A stretch of DNA of 64,000 bases from Mobula hypostoma. Lineage: Eukaryota. The notes below the pieces were generated by a model. The model saw only the letters and a program-made list of their open reading frames with translations. It had not been told where the DNA came from and searched no databases. The translations under genes were made by a program, and so were the position numbers. Positions within the stretch are counted from its first letter, which is position 1; each line of letters starts with the position of its first letter. The DNA lies in the NCBI RefSeq assembly GCF_963921235.1, contig NC_086097.1:12772001-12836000 (forward strand), written 5' to 3'. Of this stretch, positions 48,790-60,604 are shown one piece after another.

Positions 48790-50490
48790 TCATCTCTTAC
48801 AAAGTGAAATCAAGCAACATAGGTGGCAACAGGGTTTCCCTTCTAGATGAGCTCAATGCTTGTCAAAACCTGGAGGAACCATCAGAAACTCCCACAGCCC
48901 CTGATGATCCCGTGATTTCAGTCTGATGTGAGAGTATTTTTCAGGAGGGTGAATCCACAGTTAGAATCCGGCCCAGATAGGGTACCTGGCTGAGTACTAA
49001 GGTACAGGCTGGAGTGTTCACGAGATTGTAGTCCACACTATCCACAACCTGAGACAGTGACTGTCTAAAAACATTAGGATGCTGTTTATCGACTACAGCT
49101 ACATCGTCCTCTCAAAACTAATCAATAAGCTTCAAGACCTTGTCCTTAACACCTTCTTGCGCAATTGGATCCATGATTTCTGTACTTGTAGACCCCAGTC
49201 AGTCCAGTAGGCAACAACATCTCCTCCACAATCTCTACCCATCGGTGCACCACAACACGGTTGCTTAGCTCCCTGCTCTACTCACTTAAAACTTGTGAAT
49301 GTGTGGCTAAGCACAGCTCCAATGCTGTATTTAAGTTTGCTGATGACGCCACCGTCCTAGGCTGAATCAAAGGTGGTGACAAACCAGAATAAATGAAGGA
49401 GATTGACTCATTGTCAGCAAGATCAAGGAGCCGGTTATTAGACCATAAGACCATAAGACAAAGGAGCAGAAGTCGGCCATTCGGCCCATCGAGTCTGCTC
49501 CGCCATTTTATCATGAGCTGATCCATTCTCCCATTTAGTCCCACTCCCCCGCCTTCTCACCATAACCTTTGATGCCCTGGCTACTCAGATACCTATCAAT
49601 ATCTGCCTAAAATACACCCAATGACTTGGCCTCCACTGCCGCCCGTGGCAACAAATTCCATAGATTCACCACCCTCTGGCTAAAAAATGTCTTCACATCT
49701 CTGTTCTGAATGGGTGCCCTTCAATCCTTAAGACATGCCCTCTCATATTAGACTCCCCCATCATGGGAAACAATTTTGCCACATCCACCCTGTCCATGCC
49801 TTTCAACATTAAAGGTGTTATTGACTTTAAGTGAAGGAAACCAGAGGTCTATTAGCCAGGATTAGAGGTGGCGATAACACAAAATTCTTTTGTGCTATCA
49901 TTTCAGAGGAACTGTCCTGGACCCAGCATGCAAGTGCAATTACAAAGAAAGCACAACAGTGCCTCTCTTTCCTTAGGAGTTTGCGCAGATTCAGCATGAC
50001 ATCGAAGTCTTTGAAAAACTTCCATAGATATGTAGTGGAGAATATATTGACTAGCTATATCACCGCCTAGTGTGGATGCATTAATACCCTTGAATGGCCA
50101 AATCCTCCAAAAAGTAACGGAGGTGGACCAGTCCATCACAGGTAAAACCTTCCCCACCATGAGGCATATCCACACAGAGTACTGTTGCAGGAAAGCAGCA
50201 TCCATCGTCAGGGACCTCCACCACCCAAGTCATGCTCTTTTCTCACTGTTGCCATCAGGAAGGTGGTAGAGGAGCCTAAAGACCCACACGCAGTGATTCA
50301 GAAATAGCTTCTTCCCCACCGCCATCAGATTTCTGAATTGTCCGTGCGCCCATGAACACATGAATGCTACCTCATTATTCCTTCTTTATTTCACTCCTTA
50401 TTTATTTGCCATTCAAAATAATTTTATGTCTTGGACTGTACTGCTGACACAGAACATCTAGTTTCATGTCATGTAAGACAGTGATGCTGA
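48790..50490 (+). mobile_element. Degraded Rex1-type LINE RT-to-3' region, split by CR1 at 49440-49810
   Basis: Remnants of GPD.VPG, LFIDYS, LSPLLYSL, KFADD, KKAQQ.L.FLR.LRRF and HALFSLLPSGR. Confidence 0.78.
49440..49810 (-). mobile_element. Young CR1 3' fragment (24113 subfamily)
   Basis: Near-identical to the reverse complement of 26550-26919; (TCTTATGG)n tail. Confidence 0.9.
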
Positions 50491-50754
50491 TTCGGACTAA
50501 GTTTATTTAAACATTTAAGAGGTTGGTTTCTCACACTAAATAAAATCTTGGTAATGTTTTCGCTAAAATGCAACAAAATAATAACTCATGCAAGTATTTT
50601 ATATTTTAATATTAACTCAGGAGAGTAAAGTATTGTCAGAAAGTAGACTTGGGATGTTGAGTAAGATACAGACAAACATACAAATCGAATTCCTCATTTG
50701 TTGGAGGAAATAAGTCTTCCCAATGATTCTGGAAATTCAATATAAATTAATGGC

Positions 50755-50855
50755 ACAGTCATCTCATTTCTGCTTGTGGGATCTGGGCTGTTTACAAAAT
50801 CACTACTGGATTAACCTACATAACAATAATCGCTACACTTCAAAGTGCATTTCTC
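50755..50855 (+). mobile_element. Deu-domain SINE relic (AmnSINE1/SacSINE1-like); another at ~59690-59890
   Basis: ttgtgggatct...ctacataacaataatcgctacacttcaaagt resembles the DeuSINE core (recognised from memory). Confidence 0.45.
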
Positions 50856-51344
50856 AAAGATTTGACAGGGTGCCATATAAACACATTTTTTTCCATATTT
50901 TTTAATGATTGTATCTTCACTGGCATGTTCCAATGAATATTTCACCTAGACGGCGTTAGCAGCAATGATAGATACTGCAGTCTGAGAAATGAAATACCGG
51001 TACATTTGGCTAAAGCAAAATCTAGTCCCAAATTATTTATGGCTGGAAAATATATGAACCAATTAAATTTTGCAGTGATAGGAGCATAAAAAGTACTTTT
51101 GTATCAATTGTCCACCAGGATTTTGTGGTTATGACCTGAATACTTGCAGCTTAAGCAGCGTACTCTCATTATTAGTGTGTCCTCAGTTACCTACAAGTTT
51201 GAAAAGAGTTATAAGATTTGTGCTTTATTTTTTACACAACAGTGTAAAAATAAACAGTCCACATTTTGGGCCAAGACCCTTCATCAGGATTGCACAGGAA
51301 GGGGAAAGAAGCAAGCAGAGCAAGTACTACTCCTGGCTCTGCTT

Positions 51345-51480
51345 TCTACTCCCTCACTACCATCCAGGCCCCGAAACAGTCCTTCCAGGTGAGGCGACAC
51401 TTCACCTGCGAGTTTGTCAGGGTCCTATAGTGCATTCTGGTCCTTCTGGTGTGGCCTCCGCTACATCGATGAGACCCAGC
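51345..51480 (+). mobile_element. Penelope-like GIY-YIG fragment
   Basis: Homologous to 54757-54885 (SLTTIQ.PKQSFQVR.HFTCE). Confidence 0.75.
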
Positions 51481-51873
51481 TGTCACAGTAAATGTCAATC
51501 TTACTCTTCATTGAAAGTCGCTTCCCCATGCTAGCTAGGGATTGGCCGCTTAAGGAGCATTGCAGCCCTTCCACTGGCTAGCATTTGATGCCACGGCAGA
51601 GGCTGAGGACGTCATGGCGCCAATAGAGTATAAACCTAGTACACTGAAATCATCCTTTTCTTTGTTTCGACGGACTGAGTTACAAACGGTGCCATGGTAA
51701 CAGTGCAAGTACGTTACAGTGAGAAAGGGTCCAAGAGCGCACACTTTAGATAAGTCTTTGTAACTGAGTGGAACCTAAAGTGTTTACTGAATGTTTAGTG
51801 TCCCGTAAATAAACAGCTAACTTGCTTACCTGTAGTGTGTGTCTTCTGCTCCCATGAACCTGATTGCACACAA
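51481..51873 (+). mobile_element. Candidate solo LTR
   Basis: Starts TGT and ends ..ACACA; CCAAT at 51620, TATAAA at 51629-51634, AATAAA at 51808-51813; no clear TSD. Confidence 0.5.
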
Positions 51874-51974
51874 CGTCAACCCTCAGAACTTCCAGCATCT
51901 GCAGAATCTCTTATGTTTTATAATATACAATGAAATAATGTTTGATTCATTTAAGGCTTTTTGCTTCCCTTTCA

Positions 51975-53100
51975 GATGGATGGATAGATGGATTATTGAT
52001 CCCAAAGGAAATTAGTGTCATAGTAGCATTATAGTGCACAGATATACAAATATTAGAAGAGAAATAAGAAAGAATAAAAATAAGTTACCTGAAAAGTAAG
52101 ATGTACAAAATTACAAGATCACTTCCCCGGCTTTAGTTGGACTCATTATAGAACCTAATGGTCGTGGGTAAGGATGATTTTATATAGCACTCTTTGGAGC
52201 AACACAGTTGTCTTAGTCTTTTACTAAAAGTCCTTTTCTGTTCCGCTATTGTGGCATGCAGAGGGTGAGAATCATTGCCAGGATTTTCCGGAGGGTCCTT
52301 TGTTCTACCACAGCCTCCAGTGTGTCCAGTTTGACTCCTATAACAGAGCCAGCCTTTCTAATCAGTTTGTCGAGACTGTCTCCACCACCCATGTTGATGC
52401 CATTGCCCCAGCACACTGTACAGGCGACAACAGACTCGTAGAACATGTGAAGGAGAGGTATGCCTGCTCCAAAGGGCCTCAGTCTCCTCAGGAAGTAAAG
52501 GCAACTCTAGCTCTACCTGTACACAGTCACGGTTTTGGTACTCCACTCAAGTCTGTCATCCAGGTACACCCCCAGGTACTTGTAGGTCCTCACCTCATTC
52601 AAGTCCTCACCATTAATAGTAACAGGGAGCAGTGCAAACTTGGTCTTCCTAAAGTCCATCACCATCTCGTTTGTATTACTGATATTGAACTATAGATGAT
52701 CCAGCTTGCACCTTTTCACAAAACCCTCCACCAGGGCCGTTTTCATCCTCCTGTCCTCCCTTTACACACCCATTGTTGAGTCATTAGATAATTTCTGCAA
52801 AATACATGACTTAGTGTTATATCTAAAGTCCGAGATATACAGGGGACTCAGGAAGGGAACCAATACAGTCCCCCATGGGGCGCCAGTGCCGCTTATAGTC
52901 ATGTCTGACACACAGCTCTGAAGCCACACAGACTGTGGTCTGCTATTATCCAGGATACAATGGAAGTGCCAACCTACATTGAATGGAGCTTTTTCCCTAG
53001 CAATGAGGGCTACATGGTATTGAAGGCACTTGAGAAATGAACAAACATGATCCTCACAGTGCTGCCCTGCTCTGCTTATCGAAATGAGAGTGGGCTCTAC
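51975..53100 (-). mobile_element. Rex1/Babar-type LINE RT C-terminal fragment
   Basis: Minus strand FSSAFNT, TGAP.GTVLVPFL, YKYLGVHLDD.L.W, LYFLRRLR.F, MFYESVVA; (atcc)n tail. Confidence 0.8.
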
Positions 53101-54571
53101 TCAGTATTCTCCAAAGTGTCTTTTTTTCTTATAGCCACTGCAGATCATTTTTAAAGTTAATCTGCTGTTATAATATAGAATACGAGACAGGCAAATAGCA
53201 GGAAAGTAAAAATCATAATGCGTATATGATAATCTGGAGTGGCAGGGTAGAGATTCTCTACCAAAGGAGGTTTAAGGCTCTCCTTCCCTCTGCTAGCCTG
53301 CAGGTCTCCCTTCAGTAAGGTGCAGCATCTGCTTAGCCACCCAAATCAAGGAAAAGATGGTGGATGGTCGCATGAGTAGCTGGTGCAAATCACAAGTCCT
53401 GGTTATGCCACCACTGACCCCAGGCAAACAATTTCTCAAGAGTATTGATAATGGCTGGGGGTCACCTGTCTTGTAAAGACGCTGCTCGGAATGGCAAATG
53501 GTAAACCACTTCTGTAGAAGAATTTGTCAAGAACCATCATGGTCTTGGAAAGACAATGTTCAGCCAAGTCATACTCCACATCACATAACAAAGTTATGTG
53601 TTGCACTTCAGCAGTGTCTATATGTACATTGCATCTGAAATTCTGCGTTTAGCTATAACAATGTTATAAATAGAAACTATCATCAAGCTCATATGACCGT
53701 AAGATATAGGAGTAGAATTAGGCATTTAGCCCAATGACTCTGCTCCACCATTTTACCATGGCTGACTTATTTTCACTCTCAAACCCATTGTCTTGCCTTC
53801 TTCCCATGATCTTTCATGCCCTGACTAATCAAGAAACTATCAACCTCTGCTTTAAATATATTCAGTGACTTGGCCTCCACATTTATCTGTGGCAATGAAT
53901 TCCACATAATTAACTTCTCCCTGGCCAAAGAAATTCCTTCTCATCTCTTTCCTAATTGGACATCCCTCTATTCTGAGGCTGTCCCCTCTGGTCCTTGACT
54001 CATCGACTAATCAGAAATATCCTCTCCACATCCACTCTATCCAGATACAGTGCCTATAAAATGCATTCACTCCCCTTGGAAGGTTTCATGTTTTAATGTT
54101 TTACTACATTGAATCACAGTAGACATAATTTGGCTTTTTTAACTCTTATCAACAGAAAAGACTCATGTCAAAGAGAAAGCAAATTTCTACTAATTGGTGT
54201 ATATTTATTACAATTATTAGACACAAAATAATCAATTGCATAATTACTCACATCCTTCAGGTCAGTATTTAGTAGATGCACCTTTGGCAGCAATTACAGC
54301 CTTGAGTCTGTGTAGATAGGTCACTATCAGCTTTGCACATCTGGGCACTACAATTTTTTTCCATTCTTATTTACAAAACTGATCAAGCTCTGCCAAGTTG
54401 CATGGGGTTCGTGAGCGAACAGCTCTTTTCAAGTCCAGCCACAAATTCTCAGTTGGATTGAGGTTTGGACTCTGGCTTAGCCACTCCAGTACATTAACTT
54501 TGTTGTTTTTAAGCCATTCCTGTGTAGCTTTGGCTATATGCTTGGGGTCATTGTCTTGCTGGAAAACAAAT

Positions 54572-55513
54572 CGCCACCTCCAACGGGATCCCACCACTAA
54601 GCATATCTTTCCCTCCCCACCTCTCTCTGCATTCCGCAGGGATCGCTCCCTACACAACTCCCTTGTCCATTCGTCCCCCCCATCCCTCCCCACTGATCTC
54701 CCTGCTGGCACTTATCCGTGTAAGCGGAACAAGTGCTACACATGCCCTTACACTTCCTCCCTTACCACCATTCAGGGCCCCAAACAATCCTTCCAGGTGA
54801 GGCATCACTTCACCTGTGAGTCGACTGGGGTGATATACTGCGTCCGGTGCTCCCGATGTGGCCTTTTATATATTGGTGAGACCCGACGCAGACTGGGAGA
54901 CCGCTTTGCTGAACATCTACGCTCTGTCCGCCAGAGAAAGCAGGATCTCCCAGTGGCCACACATTTTAATTCCACATCCCATTCCCATTCTGACATGTCT
55001 ATCCACGGCCTCGTCTGCTGTAAAGATGAGGCCACACTCAGGTTGGAGGAACAACACCTTATATTCCGTCTGGGTAGCCTCCAACCTGATGGCATGAACA
55101 TTGACTTCTCTAACTTCCACTAGGCCCCACCTCCCCCTCGTACCCCATCTGTTACTCTTTTTAATGCACACATTATTTCTCTCACTCTCCTTTTTCTCCC
55201 TCTGTCCCTCTGAATATACCTCTTGCCCATCCTCTGGGTCACCCCCCCCCGTCTTTCTTCCCGGACCTCCTGTCCCATGATCCTCTCGTATCCCCTTCTG
55301 CCTATCACCTGTCCAGCTCTCGGCTCCATCCCTCCCCCTCCTGTCTTCTCCTATCATTTTGCATCTCCCCCTCCCCCTCCAGCTTTCAAATCCCTTACTC
55401 ACTCTTCCTTCAGTTAGTCCTGACGAAGGGTCTCGGCCTGAAACGTCGACTACGCCTCTTCCTATAGATGCTGCCTGGCCTGCTGCGTTCACCAGCAACT
55501 TTGATGTATGTTG
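54572..55513 (+). mobile_element. Young 5'-truncated Penelope-like element: GIY-YIG endonuclease C-terminus + pseudo-LTR
   Basis: Open frame to 55123: AFRR..SL...LVH, C...C..C, FTCES.GVIYCVRCSRCGLLYIGET.R.L..RF.EH, HF, E...I..L....P.GMN; CpG-rich. Confidence 0.93.
55415..55452 (+). ncRNA. Minimal type I hammerhead ribozyme motif
   Basis: UAGUC / CUGACGA / AGG-GUCUCGG-CCU / GAAAC-GUC^ / GACUA: 5-bp stem I, intact core, loopless palindromic stem III (ACGU). Confidence 0.75.
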
Positions 55514-56609
55514 TTTCTCCTAAGTCCCTGTTCTCTTGCAGATAGCATCAGGTTTTCCTCCAGGATTTCCATGTATTTTTCTGCATTTGTTTTACCCTCT
55601 ACCTTCACAAACCTCCCAGGGACTGCTGAAGTGAAGCATCCCCAAAGCATGATGCAACCACGCCTATGCTTCATAGGGATGGTGTGTTTTTGATGATGTG
55701 CGGTGTTTAGCTTATGCCAAGTATAGTATTTAGTCTGATGGCCAAAAAGCTCAATTTTGGTGGAGTTGCTAATTAGTTAATCTAATTAGGTGATTGCCAT
55801 TTAACTAATTATGTGACTTCTAAAACCAATTGGCTGGATCAGTGATGATTAGGAGTGTCATATTAAAGGGGGGTGAATACTTATATAATCAATTGTTTTG
55901 TGTTTTATCTTTGTAATTAATTTAGATCACTTTGTAGAGATCTGTTTTCACTTTGACACAAAAGAGTCTTTTTCTGTTGATCAGTGTCAAAAAATGCCAA
56001 ATTATTCCACTGTGAATCAATGTTGTAACACAATAAAACATGAAAACTTCCAAGGGGGGTGAATACTTTCTATAGTCACCGTATTACAAGATTCGGTAGA
56101 TTTCAATGAGATCCCCACTCATTTCTCTAAGTTCCAGTGAATACAGACACAGAGCCAACAAATAGTCCTCATATGTTAATATTTTCATTCTTGGAATTAT
56201 TCTCATGAACCTCCTCTGAAATCTCTCCAACGGCAACACATCTTTTCTTTGATAAGGGGCTCAAAGCCGTTCAGAATACTTCAAGTGTGGTCTGACCAAT
56301 GCCTTATATTGCCTCAAGATTACCTCCTTGCTCTTATTAAATATTACAGCAGGGTGTCACTCAGATCACGAGAGTGAAAATTAGCTGTGGATTTGTAATA
56401 GTATATTTCAAAAAGAGTTATCAACAATTCCTTCTTGGCATGCACAGAACAATGTGAGAGACTAAAATTAGGAACTAAAATAAAAGATGTTAAGACTGAT
56501 TAGCAATCAGCATGGTGGAGTGGCACGAGGCAAAGAGTAAGCACTGATTCCCTGATTTCCATCCAAACACTTAGGTTGACATAAGGCCACCCTTTGAAAA
56601 AACTACGGA

Positions 56610-56920
56610 GAGTTGAAAAATCTATCAGTTCCATCATGGGCACTGCCTTTCCCAGCATCTAGGAGTGACGCCTCAAAAAGGCAGCATTAATCATTAAGGA
56701 CCCTCATCACCTCTTCTCATTGCTTCCATCAGGAAGAAGGTACAGAAACCTAAAGGTACACACTCACGGATTCAGGAACAGCTTCTTCCGCTCTCCATCA
56801 GATTTCTGAACAGACATTGAACTACTTTTTTTCCGCTTTTTGCACTATTTAATTTAACACATATATATTCATGACATATGCCATTAATATTAAACCTGGG
56901 TCTGATTCTGATTTTGGTTC
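56610..56920 (+). mobile_element. Rex1-type 3' fragment
   Basis: IIKDPHH..FSLLPSGRRYRNL..H..GFRNSFF; tail tctgattctgatt. Confidence 0.7.
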
Positions 56921-57041
56921 TGAAGATCTTTGTGAAAATTACACCAGTATGGAGATTGTGCTTAGGGAATTATTCACTTAAGCAAATTTTATCTTAGCTA
57001 AATAAAGACGAACAAACAAAACCGACAAAAGAAGCTTATAT

Positions 57042-57085
57042 CAGTGGTTCTCAACCTTTCCCTGCTCGGGCCCACTTTTGACTTA
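57042..57085. mobile_element. hAT-like TIR remnant (another, reversed, at ~8410-8431)
   Basis: CAGTGGTTCTCAACCTT; at 8410-8431 the reverse complement is CAGGGATTCCCAACCTTTTTT. Confidence 0.4.
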
Positions 57086-60000
57086 CCTCTGTGGTTCCCA
57101 CCCTCCATAGTCTCCATTAATTGATAAAGTTTTTTTTTGTCAACTGTGCTAATTATTCTAATGGACAGTTAATATTTACTCTTTTGGCAGATGTTGTGTG
57201 TGCTAAGTTCCTCCAGCACTTGTCTGTGTTGCTTTGGATTTCCGGCATCTGCAGACTTTCTCATGTTCTTGATTGAATGTTGAGAGTAGTCACAGCCACT
57301 CCCTCCTGCCTCTCCATCCCTGATCAAAAACTCTACAGCAGATTATCAGATCAATCATTCATTATGTACCGCGTCGTATGATGTGGGCAATCAGGGTCTT
57401 TCCATGACAATGATTGTTCTTTGCAGATTTTTCTACAGAAGTGGTTTGCTATTGCCTTCATCCACTATCTGCTTCCATGGCTTCATGCTATCCTGATGAT
57501 CTGGGGGCAGGTATCTGAAGTAGCTACCTCACCTTGCCCAAGGGTGACCCGCAGGCTATTGGAGGGAAGAGGCACCTTACACCTCCTTTGGTAGAGACTT
57601 ATCTCCACCCTGCTACCCATGCAACACATACACAGTATTTATATTTTGCTACCAATGCATGAGATGGAGATGAAATTTTTCCCCAAGAAATCAGATGGAG
57701 TATTTCTTTTTACACTGCCCAGCAGTCGTTGGGTTTAGTGGAGAGTGCAACCAAACAATGTTTAAAAATATCTGCTGATTACCTTTTGTTTTCTAGCAGC
57801 AAATTTATGCTGGAAATGACCCCTACATATGCACCTTGCATTGATATTCACAAGAAGTAGATCTCACAGGATTAGGGTTAGGGCTAGTGTGAGGGTCAGG
57901 ATTAAGCACCTCATAAAGAACGGGCTTTCCTTTCCACTCTGGGTTACTTGGTGCAGTTGGATAATTCTGAGTATGCAGAGACAATATAAAAGAAATTAGG
58001 CTCTTTTCCAATGTTGCTTTTTCAGTTGTTGCTCACAGTTAATCACATTCATATCTCAGTGCCTGCAGTGATTTAGTGATAATATTAATATCAGCATTTG
58101 TAGTGAGGATAATTTTATTTTTGTGAGAAAGAATTGTGAATATTGTGATATTAAGCTAGCTATGTAATATTGCATCATGTCAGAGTTTTTAATATTTTGC
58201 ATTCATAGCCAGCATGGAAATAAGAGCAGTCACCAACCTCACTCTCCCGTTTGTGGACCAGAGACCATAGACAATGCAGTATCCTCAGCGGATAAGATAG
58301 GCAATTTAAACGAAGGCACAGAGACTCTGTTAAGCTGTCTTCAGTGATTCACCACTTCCTTCACCTTACACATTTGATTCCTAACATTGTCATTTTAAAG
58401 TTCAAAGTTCAAAGTAAATTTTATTATTAGAGTACATATATGTCACCACATACAACCCTGAGGTGATTCTTCTTGCAGACATACTCAGGAAATCTATCGA
58501 ATAGTAACTCTGACAGGATCAATGAAAGATTAAGTAGAGCATAGAAGACAACAAACTGTGCAAATGCAAATATAAATAAATAGCAATAAATAACAACAGC
58601 ATGAAATAAAAAGATAAAGACTCCTTAAAGTGAGATAATTAGTTGTTGGATGAGTGTAGTCATCTCCTTTTGTTCAAGAGCCTGGTTGAGGGGTTGTGCG
58701 AGTCCTGAGGCTCTTGTACCTTCTACCTGATGGCTGCAGTGAGAAAAGCCTGGGAGCTGAGGATCTTTGTCTAGTATACAATAAACATAAGAACTTCTGC
58801 AGATGCTTCAAACACACAGCACACACACAAGATGCAGGAGGAACGCAGCAGGCCAAGCAGCATCTATGGAAAGGAATAAAGAGTTGATTTTGAAGGCTGA
58901 AACCCTTCTGAGGTTTCTGCTGATCAGGGCCGAACATGGATGCTGTGTCCTCACTGAAAAGATTTGCAAGCCAGAGCAGTACAATATGGAGAGCAAGCTG
59001 TTTCCCATGCAACAAGCTCCCCCTCTTCATGCATTTGATGAATCCAAAGGTACAAAAGAGACCGATGCAGTTTGATACCAGCAGCATCGCAGAAGTTGCT
59101 AGCCAGCGTTGAACTCAAGTAGGACTTCCTTAGGGACACCAGCTCTGGACTCGTCCCTCGGAGTTTACTTCTGAAGACTCCCCCACGAATAGGTATTGCT
59201 GCAAGACAGCGGAGGTTTGAGATCAGAGTTTTCCTTCTCCTAGATGAGCTGTTAACCACAGGTGATGAGTCCCATCTGCTTGAAGCGTCTGGTTTTAAGA
59301 TGCCAGTAACCTGCCTTTGCCCCTTCCCCTGTTAGCAGAAACAGCTCTGCCGGGCTTAGTAGCTAAGCCACACGTGAAGGCCAGGTGCTGGAATTGATTG
59401 TCAGAGGCTATTTGAGGCATACACTATAGGGAGCATTTAATAGGTAGTAGGAGGTTTTCCCCATTACCACATACGGCTATAACAATCTTAAGGAACCAAA
59501 GGTGAGACTCCTTATTGGGACTGGGAAGGAAGGGGGAAGAAGCTAGAATAAGAAGCAGGGGGGAAAGGAAAGAGTACAAGCTAGAAATGCATTTTATATA
59601 GTTGTGCTTTTGAATTGGCGTTCTTTGTAATTTAGGCTATTCTGCATTATCAGATAAGCTATTCATTAATTCAGATTTATATGAAGTTTTGTCCACTCAG
59701 TGAATGTTAGAGACCCCAATGGGATTATTCAAATCACATGAGAAATTCCTAACATTGTCCTGTAAGCATTCCTGTTTTAGTAAATTCAACTTAAAACTAA
59801 TTGATCATTAATTAAATGTAGCTTTTGGGACCATCCTACAATTGCACTACTTGCCTATGAAATAGTCACAACTTCAGAAGTACTTCATCTCATGGGATCA
59901 ACCTATTTAGAGATAAATTTACCTGTCTTCCTATATTCTACCATTCTCCACTCAGCATATATCTAACAATCTCTTCAAGCGTAATAATTACATAAACAGC

Positions 60001-60157
60001 TCAAGATGACTGAGCTTTCAATGATTTAAGTTTTTTTTTCTCATTAGCTAAAATGTTTGTCATTTTTGAAGTTTCAGTTTAATAAAGTTTCTTTGGTGGG
60101 TCTGAACCTATAAACAATTAACCCAGTAGAAAAAAGATACCATTGAACCAAGGAGAG

Positions 60158-60602
60158 TACTTCGATTTTCAGAAGGCCTTTGACAGGGTGCTGCACATGA
60201 GGTTGTTTAACAAAAGCCCGTGGTATTACAGGAAAGACACTGGCTTGGATAGAAAACTGGCTGACTAGCAGGAGGCAAAGAGTGGGAGTAAAGGGGTCCT
60301 TTTCTTGTTGGCTGTCGGTGACTACCGGTGTTCCCCTGGGGGCAGGTTGTGACCTTTTCTTTTCATTTTATATGTCAACGATTTGGATAATGGAATTCGT
60401 TACTCTGTGGCCAAGTTGGTATTGATAGATGGAGGGGCAAGTAGTGTTGAGGAGGGTAGCTGAAGAGATTGTGGAGGTGTTAGTAGTGATTCTCAAGAAT
60501 CTCTAGATTCTGGATGGTTTCAGAGGACTGGAGAATTGCACAGGTCAATCCATTCTTTAAGAAGGGAGAGAGGCAGAAGGAAGGAAATTATAGGCCAGTT
60601 AA
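60158..60602 (+). mobile_element. Two degraded CR1 RT pieces, out of order; the second resumes at ~63010
   Basis: DFQKAFD...GVP.G piece followed by VAEEIVE...GNYRPV piece. Confidence 0.7.
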
Positions 60603-60604
60603 GA

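Larger units (their letters stand above)
54367..55761 (-). pseudogene. Tc1 DD34E transposase remnant (N-terminus and first Asp deleted; interrupted by Penelope insert)
   Basis: TKIELFG...KH..GCIMLWGCF...KYMEILEENL [insert] [11 protein letters not shown]...[13 protein letters not shown]. Confidence 0.88.
54048..56081 (-). mobile_element. Internally deleted IR/DR-type Tc1 transposon with TA TSD
   Basis: ~210-220-bp TIRs (cagtgcctataaaatgcattcactcccc / gggggtgaatactttctatagtcaccg) with an inner direct repeat at 55864-55890; TA at 54046-47 and 56082-83. Confidence 0.9.
53692..56336 (-). mobile_element. CR1 3' fragment (53692-54047 + 56082-56336) split by Tc1
   Basis: ...ccacatccactctatccagaTA and TAttacaagattcggtagatttcaatgagatccccc join into continuous CR1 sequence. 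Confidence 0.82.

Noticed and set aside
54367..55123. ORFs 54398..55123 (+) and 54367..54711 (-) as a novel transposase/GIY-YIG fusion gene
   Set aside because: They read through an insertion junction and the two domains are on opposite strands. No single frame encodes both.
57873..57900. Interstitial telomeric repeat
   Set aside because: Only two perfect TTAGGG units; compatible with chance.
60158..60455. Local duplication of 63410-63730
   Set aside because: Too diverged; better explained as independent CR1 copies covering the same RT segment.
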